Of a DNA stretch of 64,000 nt, positions 42,301 to 56,099 are shown one piece after another. The position numbers and the translations under genes are program-made. Source of the DNA: Daphnia carinata (Eukaryota); the NCBI RefSeq assembly GCF_022539665.2, contig NC_081332.1:1984001-2048000 (forward strand), given 5' to 3'. The notes under the pieces were generated by a model, which saw only the letters and a program-made list of their open reading frames with translations, was not told the origin of the DNA and made no database searches. Numbering within the stretch: the first letter of the stretch is position 1; the number at the start of each line of letters is the position of its first letter.

Positions 42301-45300
42301 ACATCTATCGAGCATGGAAAAGTCAAAGGTAAAATAAGAAAGAAAAAGGGACCGAATCCATATTTGCATATACAGGAACCATAACGAGGATGATGTTATT
42401 AAAGGCGCATGCTTCAAGCTAAATGTCAACAAGGATGGAACACATTCCTCAAAGTGTGTGCGTACGGTGAACGCTATTAAATGCGTGTCCTCTTGGTCAC
42501 GATCGCTTCATTAACATCGGGTTTTTCTTCCGCCATAGTTCCGTCCACATTCCGAGATATTGTGTGCCTAAAATGCGTGAACTATTTAACCTCCGTTATT
42601 TAATCGTCAATTAAACTCGGAAGTCGCTTGCGAAAAAGACTGGCGGACCAAAAGAAATGACATTTTAGGGGCATCGCACGTAATTCGTTTTTCTTTCTAA
42701 ATTTGCATAATGAAATGCACGAATTAGTCGTATACAGTCTCGATTCACTCGTACAAGTTTTCTTGTGATCTCATCTAGACCAAATTCGGCAAAAAAAAAA
42801 AAATACACGAGTTCATAAATCCCGGCCAGATATATGCAAATTAATTTTCACCAGAATTCATTTTTCCAGTGTGTATCGTCCGTGCCAGATTTGAGGATTT
42901 TTCTTGGAAATGATTTTAATACGCCCAAAGCTTTAAACATTTTTTTAAAATCAAAGAACATTCAATTTCGTTTTTCATCCACATGCCATACATTTTTGCT
43001 TCTCTTGTATAATCAAGCGAACAGTCAAACCTCCAGAAATGTACCGAAAATAGAAAATGGCCTATCGATATGAATCACTTTGGGCATGACGATGGAGCCA
43101 TAAATACAACAAGGGCACATCACGCATCCGTCAAATTCTATTGAACGCGCTATACTGCTAGTTCTGTGCCTCTCTCAGATATCCGAGGGCTTTCACCCGC
43201 TGTCCGTCCGACCGCATCCAATTGGGTTGACGGCAATCGACAACTCGAAGAGTAGAAGGAGCGCATAGAGGAATGCCCAACTTAAAAAAAAAATAGAAAT
43301 ATATATACTATCGATAAAGAGAGAGAGAGAGGGAGAGAGAGACCAGAAGTAATTAGGCAACATGCTTACAAATGAATTTTAATTGGTGATGGCTCCATAT
43401 GTGCGCGCCTGAGTAAGCGCACATATCCATATACGTATACAAGCGTTCTATATATAGATATTAAAGTAATTATATAGCGGTTGTTTCCATAGAATGATTC
43501 GTCCGTGGGACACGAAGGCTTTTCAGATCATTTAATTCTAGTTCTTTTCGAAACGTATATATATTCATCATTCGGCATTTGGAGTGAAAGAGGAAGGAGG
43601 AAGGAACAGTATAGCAGGAGGAATGTCCCCTTTATGTAACGTTACACATAGAAGACAAATTGAGACGACAACGATAATGAAGGGTTACGAATTTGCATGT
43701 TACATCAGAAAACAAACACTCGGCGTGCAGATAGTCGAGAGTCTTCACAATTGAAGAGCTGAACACCTTTGTCATCAGCTCTTGGATAATGACGGACAAG
43801 TTGTTGCAAAGGCGAAAGTCAGAAGCTTATGATTCGCGATTCGGCCAAAAATAATGGCGTTACGAAGAATGGGAATCAAAATTGATTGAGCCCATTTTGC
43901 GATTTCTGTCAAAACGGCAGGGAACATTAGATGCTGCGCAATGAAGATATCGTTTTCTGGAACTGCGCTCAAGAGTTGGGATAGAGTTTCTCGTTAACGT
44001 CCGCTCGTGCATGTAGACTGCCTGAGTCAACAATTAACGTCAACAATGGGAATTACGTAATCACGAACTGAACTGCAACAAACACATTAGATGTCCTGAT
44101 CCTATCAACCGCCTGCATGTGTCCTTGTTCATAGTTGCATAACAATTTTCCTTGTTTGTCAGCAGAGTAATATAGAGAACTCCCCTCGTTGACATGGGGC
44201 ACATCTCGTGTTACACCATATTGATTCCACCTTCGTATAGATAAGAATTTTATATTTCATCTTTCGTTTTTTATGTGTTTTCTCTTCTCGGTTTTTGACG
44301 TTGTTACTGTTTGTATCCGCTTCAATTTTGGGCCTCTCTTCTTGGCTGTCATCCTTGTATACATACGTGGTCATGGTGTACGTACACAGATCAATGATTG
44401 GAATAACACAGAACCTCGTGTGCATATACGTACGCGTATAGAGACGAATAGATCTCTGAAAAATCAACGAGTGATGTCCTAAAAAAAAATTCGAAATCTT
44501 TTATGTCGAACGTTTACATGTTGGTTGTCGGCTTCTGTGCTAACGTAGTGTACTTAAGATGGGCCTGTATATATTCAGAGTGAAAATCTATGTACTCCTT
44601 CACCTCTTCATTGTCGTTTATCGTGAGTGCGTATAGGACAGGGAAGCGGATCACTGTGCACATTGGCTATTCGCATTGGCACAGACCACATCAAAACCAT
44701 GGCAATTTATACGTTTAAGGCTTTTATCTTTTAAAGGCAATTCCCAAACGTTCGACATTAGAAGATTCCAAAAAAAAAAAAAAAGCAAATACCTTTAAAA
44801 TGAATTACGTTTATCTAAACGTATAGAATTTCATTTGTCCCTTACGTCTGTTTGAAATCGTACCGTCCAATACGATAAACCAAAGAAAAATCATACATGC
44901 AAATCTAAATGCGAATAGAAGTATTTCCTCCTGGTTCACCGCATATCGAATACATTTCAAATCGCCAGAACGTAAAATCAAAGGGGAAACTAGCGGAAGA
45001 TCAACAAAACGAAACAAACAACAACAGTCGCTTTTATTTAGCTGAGGTGTATAGACTAAACCAATATCCAGTTAGAAAAAAAAAAAAAAAAAAAAACAAA
45101 ACAAAAGGGGAGAGAAAACAAACAACAAAATGGATAAAATAAACTGAACACAGACTTTGTCTCGATCTTCCCAAGCACCCCTAAGAAGCAGTCGCTCGAG
45201 AGCGAAAAAGCAAACAGCAAATGCGAGAAGAAGTACAAAAAAAAAAAGGAAGAAAAGGATAGGAAAAAAAAGGAAGAAATCGACATCCGGAGCACGGTCG

Positions 45301-48300
45301 GTATGGGCATCTCCCGACGACAACAAAAGACGAACAAGAGTTGAATTACAGTGGAGAGAAAACGAAAAAGAAAGAAAGAAAGGCAAGTGATGCAGAAATA
45401 CACAACAGAAGAGTGGAATCAAGGAATAGAGAGAAAGAAAGAGGGGGGATGGACGGGAATCACGCGTGATGAAGCGATGGAACAACGAGAAATCAAAGAA
45501 AAAAAAAAGGACAGGAGCTTTCGCAAGTGCTTCTCAGAATGGGCATGACCCCTCTCCCTCTTTAGCCCGTCGATTCTCTTATTCTTAGAAGCTACAGGGG
45601 GTCTAAGTTTAATACAATAAAATAATAAGATATAGAAAAGAAGAAGAAGAAGAAGAAGAATCATCGAATCGGGAGTGGTCCCCCCCCCCCCTCTTTCTTT
45701 ATGTTACCTATAAGACAGGCTTCTACTCTGCCTCGGGAGCTTTAGAGATTGATATGTTCTATATATCTTTTCTTATTATATTTTCTATATGACTTTGCCT
45801 TAGTCTTTTTTCTTTGAGTTGCCTTCCTTCGCTCGCGGCGTATGCAATCGCCGAGTGGTTCACCATTTGCGGTGCCGGCGATGGGGAAGGATAACTTGGT
45901 CAACTTGACAGCGTTGCCAGTGCATGCAAAATCATGATTTTATGATGGCAAGCGGGGTCGTGCTAAAACTTTCGCCCGAAAGTAATCAACGCCAAGTCAC
46001 TCGCCATACGACCGCAAAACTTGACGTTGGTTCATCATCTGACCAAAGTTGTTTTTATTTAGTTAGAAATGCGCATCCCGCGAATGGCATCTGGCCTAAA
46101 TACGTTCATGTACGCTTTATAAATATAAGCATTTCTTTTTTTTTTCTCTTTTATCTTGGGCATATTTATCGGGAAACGTCTGTTATTGATGGAAAATACC
46201 GAAATTGGCCCCTCCTCGTATAAGTTAACCTACTTAGTAGCTGCGGAATGAATAAAAAGGATCGTCGCTCAGCAGATGGCACAAGTTCGACATTAATGGC
46301 GCACTGCCATGCACGATTCAAAATCGATGATGAATAGACCAAACTTTTGTAAACTGAAAAAATGATTTTCCGCATTGCTTTTGAAATTCTTATTTTTCTG
46401 AAATCGCGATCGTAATAAGGAAGGAGCTCGCCACCTATGCAAAACCTGTATGCGATCTGTAATTGATCCATCGGTCAAACCGGATCAAGCAAATCTGATA
46501 TGGCCACTTCAAATTTAACTTTGAACTTTCCTTTAAAATCAGAAACAAAAAAGCCAACAAAACTGTAGACTTGATAAAAACTCAAATGTTCTGCTTACAC
46601 ATTGACCATGTTTCCCCCCTTTTTCTTTGCTAGGCACTTGATTTTATTACAGAAATGCCGCACACGCGTGAGTCAACCCGCGAGCGAACGTCAGCAGTAT
46701 CCCCCTTTCTAAACAATTGGCCGTGTTTGTTGCGTAATGCCACGCACAGCCTTCCGTGTATGACATGGAACTTTTCGTGCGTGTGCAGTTGCATAATCTT
46801 TGATGACGTTCAAATCAAAAAGTATATACATTTAAATATCACATTTGGCATAAAAAATCACATCTATACACAATCAGCTGACGAGATGATGTTAGCGACC
46901 CCATCCCTTTTAGTTTGTACAACTTCAATGATCCGTACTTGAGACCCATAGTTCTGTAACAATACGCCTTTTTATATACCATATACATCGTTTGGTCAAT
47001 CTTTTTGATCATCCGTACTGTGTTGGTCAATATAACGATTGACCGAGGCTATACAACTTCCGTATATCAGAAAGAAGCACCGCTGAAGAAAAGGACTTCT
47101 TTTCTATGGCATTATGTATCCTTTTGATGTGCTTGAAGAGGTCACGTACATGCCACGTCTGAATACACAGAATGTAGTAATAACACAGGATTCAGTGTGC
47201 ATATGATGGCACACAAATGAAATGCAGTAGACAAAGCAGAAGACCAGCAACAGGCCTTTTTCTCTTGTGATCGTCCCCGTATGGGGCACAATCATTTAGT
47301 TTTTGATGTGCGTCTTGATATGAAGTAATCGCAGTTCAGTGGAAATTCAAATGTCGTGCAGACTATGAAATGATTTTCTTTTTTTCAATCTGAGATGTAT
47401 AATTCCATCAAGATTTTTCAATTCTTTTCATTTCATTCGGCCAGTGAGAAATTTCAAAAAATCCAAAAAAAATATCAAAGAAAATATTTGAATTGTGAAT
47501 GGAAATTCAGCGAAGGGAAGGACGTTGATGAATAAGGAGGCCTCATTTTCAATCATAAACGGTGACACACACAAAAAAAAAAGTTCCATCATGTTGTGAA
47601 TAGGATTGCACGCCTTGCATTTTGATTATCTTATCTGTCTGTTTTCCGTCCGGCAGGACATCACGCGTGTTTCTCTGATGTCACTGTCCTCGTACGTGTA
47701 TACACACAGCCAAATAAGCCACCCGCTGTTGAAGGCGATGATGACGGATGGCCTTGTTACATTGTAGGGGGGGGGAGAAAATAAGATCCATATCTTTCTC
47801 TTAAAAAAAAAAAAAAACACCAACAGAAGAAACACCAAAGCGGATCAACGCATCATTTTTGATTGGTTTTAAATGAATTTTTTTTTCTCCTACAAACTTT
47901 GTTCTCCATACTTGACATTTGTGTTGCTAAAAAAAACATCACCTGCCCGTGTGATATTACAAGACCCAGTTATTCCGATCGATAACTGGAACGCATATAT
48001 ACGCACAAAGACAAGTAGAGGTTCTGATCCTTAAACTGACTATATCATCGCCTTCGTGTTAAAGCTAATACGATCATCTATACACGAATAACAAAGCAGA
48101 ATCATTTTGCGTTGCTCGAACAACAACGACGCACTTACTTCCGGCACGTGCGGATTTAATTTGCATCGCCGTCGATGCTGTTAGAAGAGTTTCTCTCGAT
48201 ATCCTTCCACTATTTGTGTTTATATACAAAACATCTATGCGTGTTGGTGGCAACGGAAATCGACTTTATTTTCCAAGTAGAAAAGGCAAAAAAAAATAAT

Positions 48301-51300
48301 AAAATAAAATTGATATTGATTGGATAAATAGAGTGTAAGAAGCGTGCGGAGAGAAAATCGACAACGGTGAAAGATAAAGCGTTGCTCTTGTGCCCTAAGT
48401 GATTGATGCGAAAAAGGAGTGTGACACCCTCAAAAACGGCCATGAATCTCGGTTAGTGCGACTCTATATAGAGTCGAAGCATTAAATGATTTACAGTATA
48501 TATATATAATATATATACACACACATAGAGTGTGTGTGTGTATGTGTGTGTGGAGCCAACGTGTACATACACGCATCGATAACTGATAGATTATCGTAGC
48601 TCAATCGTTCCCGCAAAACGTTTATACGTTCGACAGGGCAAACTATATTCAATTACGTAATCGACGTTCGCGCGTGTAATACGCGTTTGGGGGTCTGCAG
48701 CACTATGTAGAAAAGATTGAAATCCTTTGCTTCTTTGATCGCATCGCTAGATATTGTTTTTGTTTTTTTTTCCTTTTCTTTTTTCCAATGTTCTCCAATG
48801 GCTTTGATATGGTTCACTTGTTTCTTATTTCCATTCAATTTTTTTCCCTATTTTAACAAACAATCGTTTTTCTTTAAAACAAAAAAAAAATAAAATAAAA
48901 TCCGGATATTATTCTTCACGCGAATGTTACGCTTGCGGTGCGTTCCGCTTGCTATTTGATTCGACTCGGTGTTTATTTAACACAAAGACGGTTGGCGCGC
49001 AAGCGCCGATTTCCGGAGATCGGCACGCAATAAAACAGGACATATACACGTACATCCCGATGTGATTTCCTTTCCCTCCCCCACTCCCCTCTGAAAATTG
49101 TCAGGAATTTTAGAATTAAATAGCGGAAATATTGAAGAGCTTCCCTCGCCCACACTCGTGCACTTCCATTTCGATACGAGGTGTGTGTTTTCCTTTTTCA
49201 TGTAGGTATTTTTTTCACGCGTGTATCGAACCGAGGGTACGGAAACATGTAGGCCTCTCTAATAGATTCGAATAATCCAATTTTCCTTGCCAGTCTTACC
49301 TAGAAGAACGAGCTGAGATAAAAAAAAAAGATATATATACAAGGACAACTGCTGCTGCTCTCAAGTGAGCAAAGAAAACGATTCTAAAAAAATAAAAACG
49401 AAGTCAGCCCCATTTCTCAGATCGTTTATGTTTCTTCTGTCACGGTGCCAGCCATAACGTTTTGGAAGCCTGCCGTCTCTATAACTTGAACGATTTAAAG
49501 AAGAAAAAAAAAATAATACATACACCGGAGGCATCTGTGACAGTTGTTTTTGCCACTTTCTTTAATCGAAAAACACAGAGAAAATGATTCTTGAGTGTGC
49601 CATCGCAGAATCGTTTTCTTTTAAACACACACAACTACCTATAGGCAACGTTGATGCAGCAAGGAACCCTCTCCCAGTGCTGTGAATCGAGCAATGAACA
49701 ATGGTTGCAATAGGGATAAGCCCAACCGTGAACTTGGGGAATAAAATCGGTTGCTAATCAATTATTGTCTGCGTGTGTATATATAAAAAAAAAAAAATCA
49801 GCTACATTCACAGTATATGGTATAACGGCGTTATTTAAGACAGGAAAAAAAAATACATAAAAGAATCTATAAATTGCTACCCTCGGTCTAATCCATCGAT
49901 CCAATGAGAGTTGCAAGAACGTTCGTTTATTATATTGGCTGTCTGTGTGTCTCGTGTAAGCGCTGATGTTTACGCAAGGCTTATATAGTTCAACACTATA
50001 AACATTAGTAATTTTTCTTTTTTTTTGTTCCCTCGTTCGCACTTGGACCAAATAAATGGCTCCCGTGAGTGGATTGCGTCACGATTGTGCTTGCTCCATT
50101 CTTTTGTGTTGTTCCTTCAATAGGTTTTACCTTTGCCGTGCTGTCGTTGTTAATCCATATCAATAATTCGCCCTTTCTTTACGTGCGCCAATGTGCGGCT
50201 TGAAGAATTGTCGGCGAAGGATTTCGTGAAACACGCAGTTTAAAATTTGCTGCGGTGGAAACGAGGTTGACTTTGAACACGAACGATTATTCACAGGCAA
50301 CTCTGCGTTATGTTCCTTTCTTCAATTGAATTCGCAAATTGAATTAACTACAACAACCAACAGCTTTTTAAGTGAATTCCAAGTGCTTTTGCGTGATTTC
50401 GACAAATATAAAAGGACAAACTGCCTTTGGATTAGATACATGGTCTCCGTTTCGTGCGTGAAAAAAAAGGGGGAGAGCATAAAACGAGAAATCTGTTGGG
50501 GTCTATTCAATAGATCTCTGTGAAATTCGGAAGAAAAAGGGAGAGGGATAAAAGGTGATGGCGAATAGCTTTTCTTTTCTTATCGGTGACACGTCTAACT
50601 CAACATGATTATGCGCAAAACGGCGGAAGTGGGTGGGTGCACGAACATTTTGCGACGGTACGTGACGGCGTTTGGCAAACACAAAACGCCTGTCCGTCAC
50701 GTTTGTCAGACACGGTCAACCGATGGGAAATGTCATCCCTGTTCCAACGTCACAGGCATAATAACTGATGCGAGTACGACTAAAGTAGCGAACTCGACGT
50801 ACGAATATAAGAAAGCATCGAATTTCAGTAAAGATTTCTCTTTTTTTAAAGATTGCTTTAAATAGCTAATGGTTGCAGCTTAATTTTTTTTTTCTTTTGG
50901 GCCTTGCCCCGTCCGTATCGATCTTGATCATCGTCATCATTTCATCTATTATGTGCCTCTTCCTTTCCACTTTTTTTTTCTCTTTTGTGTTTGGCTTTTG
51001 TTCGTGACATTCGACTGCCGACGGTCTAAAGAAAAATTCTACGATAACGAGCGTACCCGATATTTTTAACAATTAATTTTTCTTCAGAGAAAAATGCATA
51101 GATATAAAAAGAAAAAAAAAACGAGATATGTCATTTGCATAAAGCTAATAGATCTTCCCTTCATTTGCAAACAACAGTTTTCCATGCAGAGCAAACATTT
51201 TTCAGGCCGTCTTTTTCCTCTTCTTCTGTGTACACACATTTTGAAAGTTGGAATAAAAGAAAACTTCAAAGGCATCGGGTTAGTCTCATAGGCTGCCTCT

Positions 51301-52620
51301 TGTCGCGCGTTTGTGCAGCACGAGAATGTTGCTTCCTTATCTAGCTATCGATATAAAAAAAAAAAAATTGACAGCGAAATACGTGAACAAAAAAGAAAAA
51401 GAAGAAGAAAAAGGCTCGGTCGCAACAGGCTGCGCAGGCACTCGTACAGGCATAGACCGTGTAACGAGGTCGCATACCAACCGAACCGAATAACTCGATG
51501 ATCATTTAGCTTCCAGACGTTGTATCCATACAATTAGAGAATAAGGACGGGGATTTTTGGCAGCATTCCTACTTGCCAATATATATAGTATAATACGAAA
51601 CTTGGCTGGCGTATTATTGCTCACGATACGTAAAGACAAATAGGAAAGCTTTGTATCCTTCGTTTTGCTATATCCCTCGAAGAAATGCGACCCCCTAATA
51701 CTGCTCCCCCCCCCCCTTTTTTTTGTGTGCGTGTGTGTTAACATTCTAAACAGATGGTCAAACGTGGAGACTCTCACCGTGACGTAAACAGCGAACGGCA
51801 TGACCAACGTAGCGACAAGTAGATCGGCGATAGCCAAACTGATGATGAAGTAATTGGTGGCCGTCTGCAGGGCCCTCTCGCGATACACGCTCAGGATGAC
51901 GAGCACGTTGCCGAAGACGGTCAACAACGGGAACAAGAAGAGCAAGAGGGCCCAGAAATTTTTGGCTTCCATGTCGTCATCGTATCCGTCGATGGTGCCG
52001 TTGGTGTAGTTGGACACATCATCGACGGCCGTCGTCAGGCAGGGCATGCGATTCGGCGCGGCGGACGTGCCGTTCAGGACGCAGCCGGCCGGAAAATGCG
52101 TCGTGCTGTTCAGGTAGGACGAAGCGTCGCGCCAGGTGGTCGTCGTGCTGTTCAACAGCTCCGTCACGGAGCCCAGCCAGTTGGATTCGCTCCGATTGTT
52201 GGCCGTCTTCCCCCTGCCGAGGTGCGTCCAATCGGAGAGCGTCGTGCCGCTGTTGCCGCCGCTCCCGCCGGGCGCGTTGATGCTATTGACGTCACTGTAG
52301 TGCGTGTCGTGAGGTGTTCTCGGGTAGTAGGCGCTACTGGTGCTGGCCCGACCCAACATGGCCGGCCGACCGGCCACGGTAGGTCGAACGAGACGCAGCG
52401 CGCTTCGCTTCGTGTTGAACGCGAACGAGCCGGCCGTTGGGTCGCCGTCGGCCGGTGCCGGCTTGGCTGCCGTCACGCCGCGCACAACGTACCCTTGAAT
52501 TCTGGCCATTTTAGATGAATACCGTTTTGTGCTGGACGCTGTCACTGGAACGACGACCGACGTCACGGTGGCCGTCGTCGTGTCCGCCAACGCGACCGCC
52601 GCTGTCGACAGGCTCTCCAT
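11730..52620 (-). CDS. Dop2R: D2-like dopamine receptor (class A GPCR), about 800 aa, 8 coding exons
   Basis: Exons (minus) 52620-51778, 24090-23981, 20106-19854, 14141-13767, 13690-13551, 13393-13165, 12255-12018 and 11944-11730 have consistent phases and total 2403 nt. Motifs: [32 protein letters not shown], amine-binding Asp in [22 protein letters not shown]5 serines [40 protein letters not shown], and a very short C-tail [10 protein letters not shown] typical of D2-like receptors. Alternative in-frame ATG at 52629. Confidence 0.9.
12265..12308 (+). repeat. Poly(A) run of about 44 nt, which is the poly(U) acceptor tract of Dop2R exon 7 on the minus strand
   Basis: Homopolymer ending a few bases before the aatag acceptor at 12256. 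Confidence 0.9.
13165..14141 (-). CDS. Dop2R: Dop2R ICL3 exons 4-6 (14141-13767, 13690-13551, 13393-13165)
   Basis: [15 protein letters not shown]...DQGSGSQ | D7NNGEE...STEFML...AHLG | NKVPPSG...NGDSNY...KRMK. Phases 0/0, 0/2 and 2/0 are compatible. The exon 6 acceptor is weak, so exon 6 is less certain. Confidence 0.75.
19854..20106 (-). CDS. Dop2R: Dop2R coding exon 3 (ICL2, TM4, TM5)
   Basis: tgcag|(R)[10 protein letters not shown]...[23 protein letters not shown]|gtaata. Confidence 0.92.
23981..24090 (-). CDS. Dop2R: Dop2R coding exon 2 (ECL1-TM3); 110 bp, missed by the ORF track
   Basis: ttcag|[37 protein letters not shown]|gtaaat. Confidence 0.92.
36090..36115 (+). repeat. (GT)n microsatellite
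   Basis: About 13 GT units seen directly; one of many SSRs (e.g. (TA)n at about 6974-6999, (GA)n at about 43318-43342). Confidence 0.85.
51778..52620 (-). CDS. Dop2R: Dop2R coding exon 1 (long extracellular N-terminus, TM1-TM2)
   Basis: Lies inside ORF 51502..52671. Acceptor ttccag places the exon start at 52672; donor ACG|gtgaga at 51777. Encodes [18 protein letters not shown]...VMPFAVYVT. Confidence 0.9.
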
Positions 52621-55600
52621 GGCTATCATCACTATCCGCGTGTATTCCCGAAAGAACTGAACTTGGGACACTCTGGAATTTTGAATGATTAAAATTAAAA
52701 TTAAAAAAAAATAAATAAAAAAAGAACTCGGCGAATTTTTAGATCAGCCGCTGGAAGTTTTCCGTGTACATCCCGACCGATTCCATGGCTATGGAATAAA
52801 AAAAAAAAATCAAAACGATCGACGTTCGGATTTCACATTTTATTTGATTCTCTTTTCAATTAGTTCGCACACAAAATGCATAATTGCACGCCACTTTTCA
52901 CGATAATTTCGTCGCCTTTTGATACGCTCTTGAGATGTTCCGCTGTGAGACTTGGGCGGATGTCGGACGCTATTCAGCTACACTCCATCGTCATCGATGT
53001 ATATTTGCGCACAATCAAAGAACTCGATTACAAGTGAACAACTCTGGCCGGGCGAACGCAGAGCGACGGAAGCGAAGATGCGACTGCACGTCCTACACAA
53101 TCCGCACTAAAGTTTCTATATCTTGTTGTCGCGCCCTCCCTCTTCCTTCCTTGGCGGATGTTCAATCGGCTTTAGATATAGTGTGTGTATATACGTATCG
53201 CATATACCTTTTCGCTGCGCTGCCTGGACTGAGCGGCAGGACAGGCGACACATGCGCACGCACTCAAATGCCGTCTGCATAATACTCTGTCGAATATTCA
53301 TATACGAAATATATATATACATATCCTAGATACAAGCTACTAGATTTTAAAAAAAATAATAAATAAAATGGACAATGACCAGCATCATCAGTTGAACAGC
53401 TTCACTTTGAAATACGAGCCTCTAATCGGAAGAGTATAGACGAACATCTACATGATGGAGACAGGCTTAACTTTTGCGGGAGAAACCATAGAGCTTGCCA
53501 TAAGACCACACTGGACCCCAACAGGATGTTCTACTCTTGTCGTTTCGGAGAAGATGATGTTTACAAGATATTTCGTTAAGGGGAAATGCCTCGCGATCTT
53601 GGATTTAATTGTGATAAATCAACTTTAAAAAAAGCGTAAATCCCATATCCGTTGGCTGGTCTTCGTATATATATACTGTATATAGGCTGTGTTTCAAAGA
53701 TTTGAAGAGGACATATCTTTTGTTCAACGAGACGTCGAACAATTGTCTAGGTGTTTTTTTTTTGTTTTCTGTTTTTGGTGTGGTGGAATGTTCTGGAAGA
53801 TGAGGCTACATACTAATCTGGCGAGTATACGAAATGAATTCAGCCATCCGTGTATTTTTCCATTAGTCTAAAAGATCATGGGCTGACGAATCAAAGCGAG
53901 CACTTGTCGAGCGTGTGTCTAGATAAAATGGGCGAAGGCGTTGAGTGGCCAGGCAAGTGCGTGCTGTATGGCTATATATGCGTGAAAAGTATATAGAGTT
54001 GACACTGCGCGGTGCACTTGCCGCATGTGTCATTATAAAAAAAAAGAAAAAAAAAAAAAAGAAAGGGCGCAATGAAAACTGGAAGAGACACGACAAAGAC
54101 AATGACGACGCGGAGGGTCGTGTCGTTTGTAATGAAATGTGTGTCGCTTCGCGAACGTTACTCGCGCGGATTACATGTATAGGGCTATATAACCGGCGAG
54201 CATCAAGACTTAAGCTTTCACCACCACTAGATATAGCGCCGCCGTAGAACATATATACTCTCGACTGCTTTCTTTTTCGGGTTTAACTACATCATTGGCC
54301 GACCTTAAATCGCGTATAACTATGGCCTACCTTATCGTGGTCGGTTTGCGTTAAAACGAAAAAAGAAAAAAGAGATTCTAGGGCAGTTTCTTTTATTTAG
54401 ATATGCAGTAGGCGCGTGTACACGTATTTCTTACTTCTTTCTTTTTTGTCATTAAACAAAAGAAGAAAACTTTTACTTTGGTATACAGCAGTTTTATTCA
54501 CGGTGACGTATACGCCGTAACCTCTATAGAATCCCTAGCGTGAGAGGCCATGATATACTTCCCTGGCGACCTTGCTCTTGGTAAGGGCTTTTCTTATTTT
54601 TATTTTGCATATCATACCGCCTCTACGTCTTTGCATATACTTCTTGAATAAAACAATGCTCGTGGCATTGCACTCGTTCTCATACAGGAGGTGCATGCAG
54701 TAGAGGGGTGGGTCGGCTAGGGCAGCAAAGAGCTCATTATATGAAATAGTATGACAGAGACAAAAGGTACACGTATAGAGTCACGTATATATAAATGTAG
54801 TAGAAACAGGAAAGCTTTATTGCAATATATAGCCCATGGCCAGCACATACGAAATTTCAGAGATGTGTATGTAATGAGTCCATCGTTTTCGTTTCAACAA
54901 CACGAGTTTGCCAGCAAAACGGACTTTATACTTCGAGGAGGGGCATCGAAGGGAAACAATGAGCAATTCGCATTTTTAGAGCCCCTCTATGTCCTGATGA
55001 GATGTTATTACATTTAGGTACAACCCTGCGAATTCAGAGAGCAAAAGGGTACGAAAGTGGATGGGTAATATTAAGCTGTTCGAAACCTATTTATTCTGTA
55101 AGGTTCACAATCACAATTGAAGATCTAGTTTTAAAGGCTCTGTTTATGTAGTATTTCCTTGGATTTTTAAAGAATTCTTTATCTCTGAAGATACATTCAT
55201 CGCGTGCCCTTTCGTCTATACTGTGTTATCGTGCTCTTCGCCGCGTCAATGACGACCCGCACTGGTCCCCTCCGTATGAAAAAGCCTATATCTTCTTTAA
55301 TGGTTGGGTGCAATGCTTATATAGACTTATGGCAGTGTAAATATAAAAGGAAGCGAACGTAGAGGTGTCAATACAACTTACGGCCACTGCACTGATGCTG
55401 GCCGATAATAAGCCGGGCGTTTCTTTTACGCCTTTGTGCGTCTCCGTCGTTACGGTTGTCCGTGCGTCAAAGATATGTTGTACTTGTCTGCTGCTTTTTA
55501 TACGGAAACACACAATGGACGGACACCGAACAATATCAGGCGGTAAAAATAAAAAAGAAGGAGGATAAAGGAAAACACGTTATTTAATGTTATGAGAGTG

Positions 55601-56099
55601 CACATTGTTGCTTTATCTCATAAGTTACGTTTGTTGGTGCTTACACAAAGACTAATAGTACATCACGGTGTGACGTGAAGTAATTGTAGTAAAACGAAAG
55701 AGATGACGTTTTCTTTTTTCTTCCAATCACTGTGGGTTTTTTTTTTCCAATAATAAATCTACGTTTATGAGTCACCTCCAGACTTTGATATAGTGACTTC
55801 TTGTGAGCGTGGTAACATTGGGTTTATGTGATAATGCAGTAACAAAGAAAAAGAGATGCTTTAAAGTTTTTTAACGCCAATGTCGAGAATATTTGTGAAT
55901 ATACGTAGTTCTTAGTTTGCTTCTTTATATACTTCCCCTGATGCTGCTACTCCTCCGATACTTCAGCGAATGTGTTAGACATTAAAGAAAAAGACATTAA
56001 TGAGTTGTGAAACGTCCTACTGCCCAAAATACCAATCTCCAATCATGTGAGAATGATACCTGAAATGTGGCCCTTCATTTTTCCCATTTGTTTCAAAAA

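Noticed and set aside
45056..45664. Arg/Lys-rich and Phe-rich ORFs in intron 1
   Set aside because: Products of purine/pyrimidine strand bias and low complexity; no splice or domain support.
52019..52518. Overlapping alternative-frame and antisense ORFs in Dop2R exon 1 (similarly 13556..14207 and 61153..62280)
   Set aside because: Shadow ORFs of GC-rich coding exons with no recognisable motifs.
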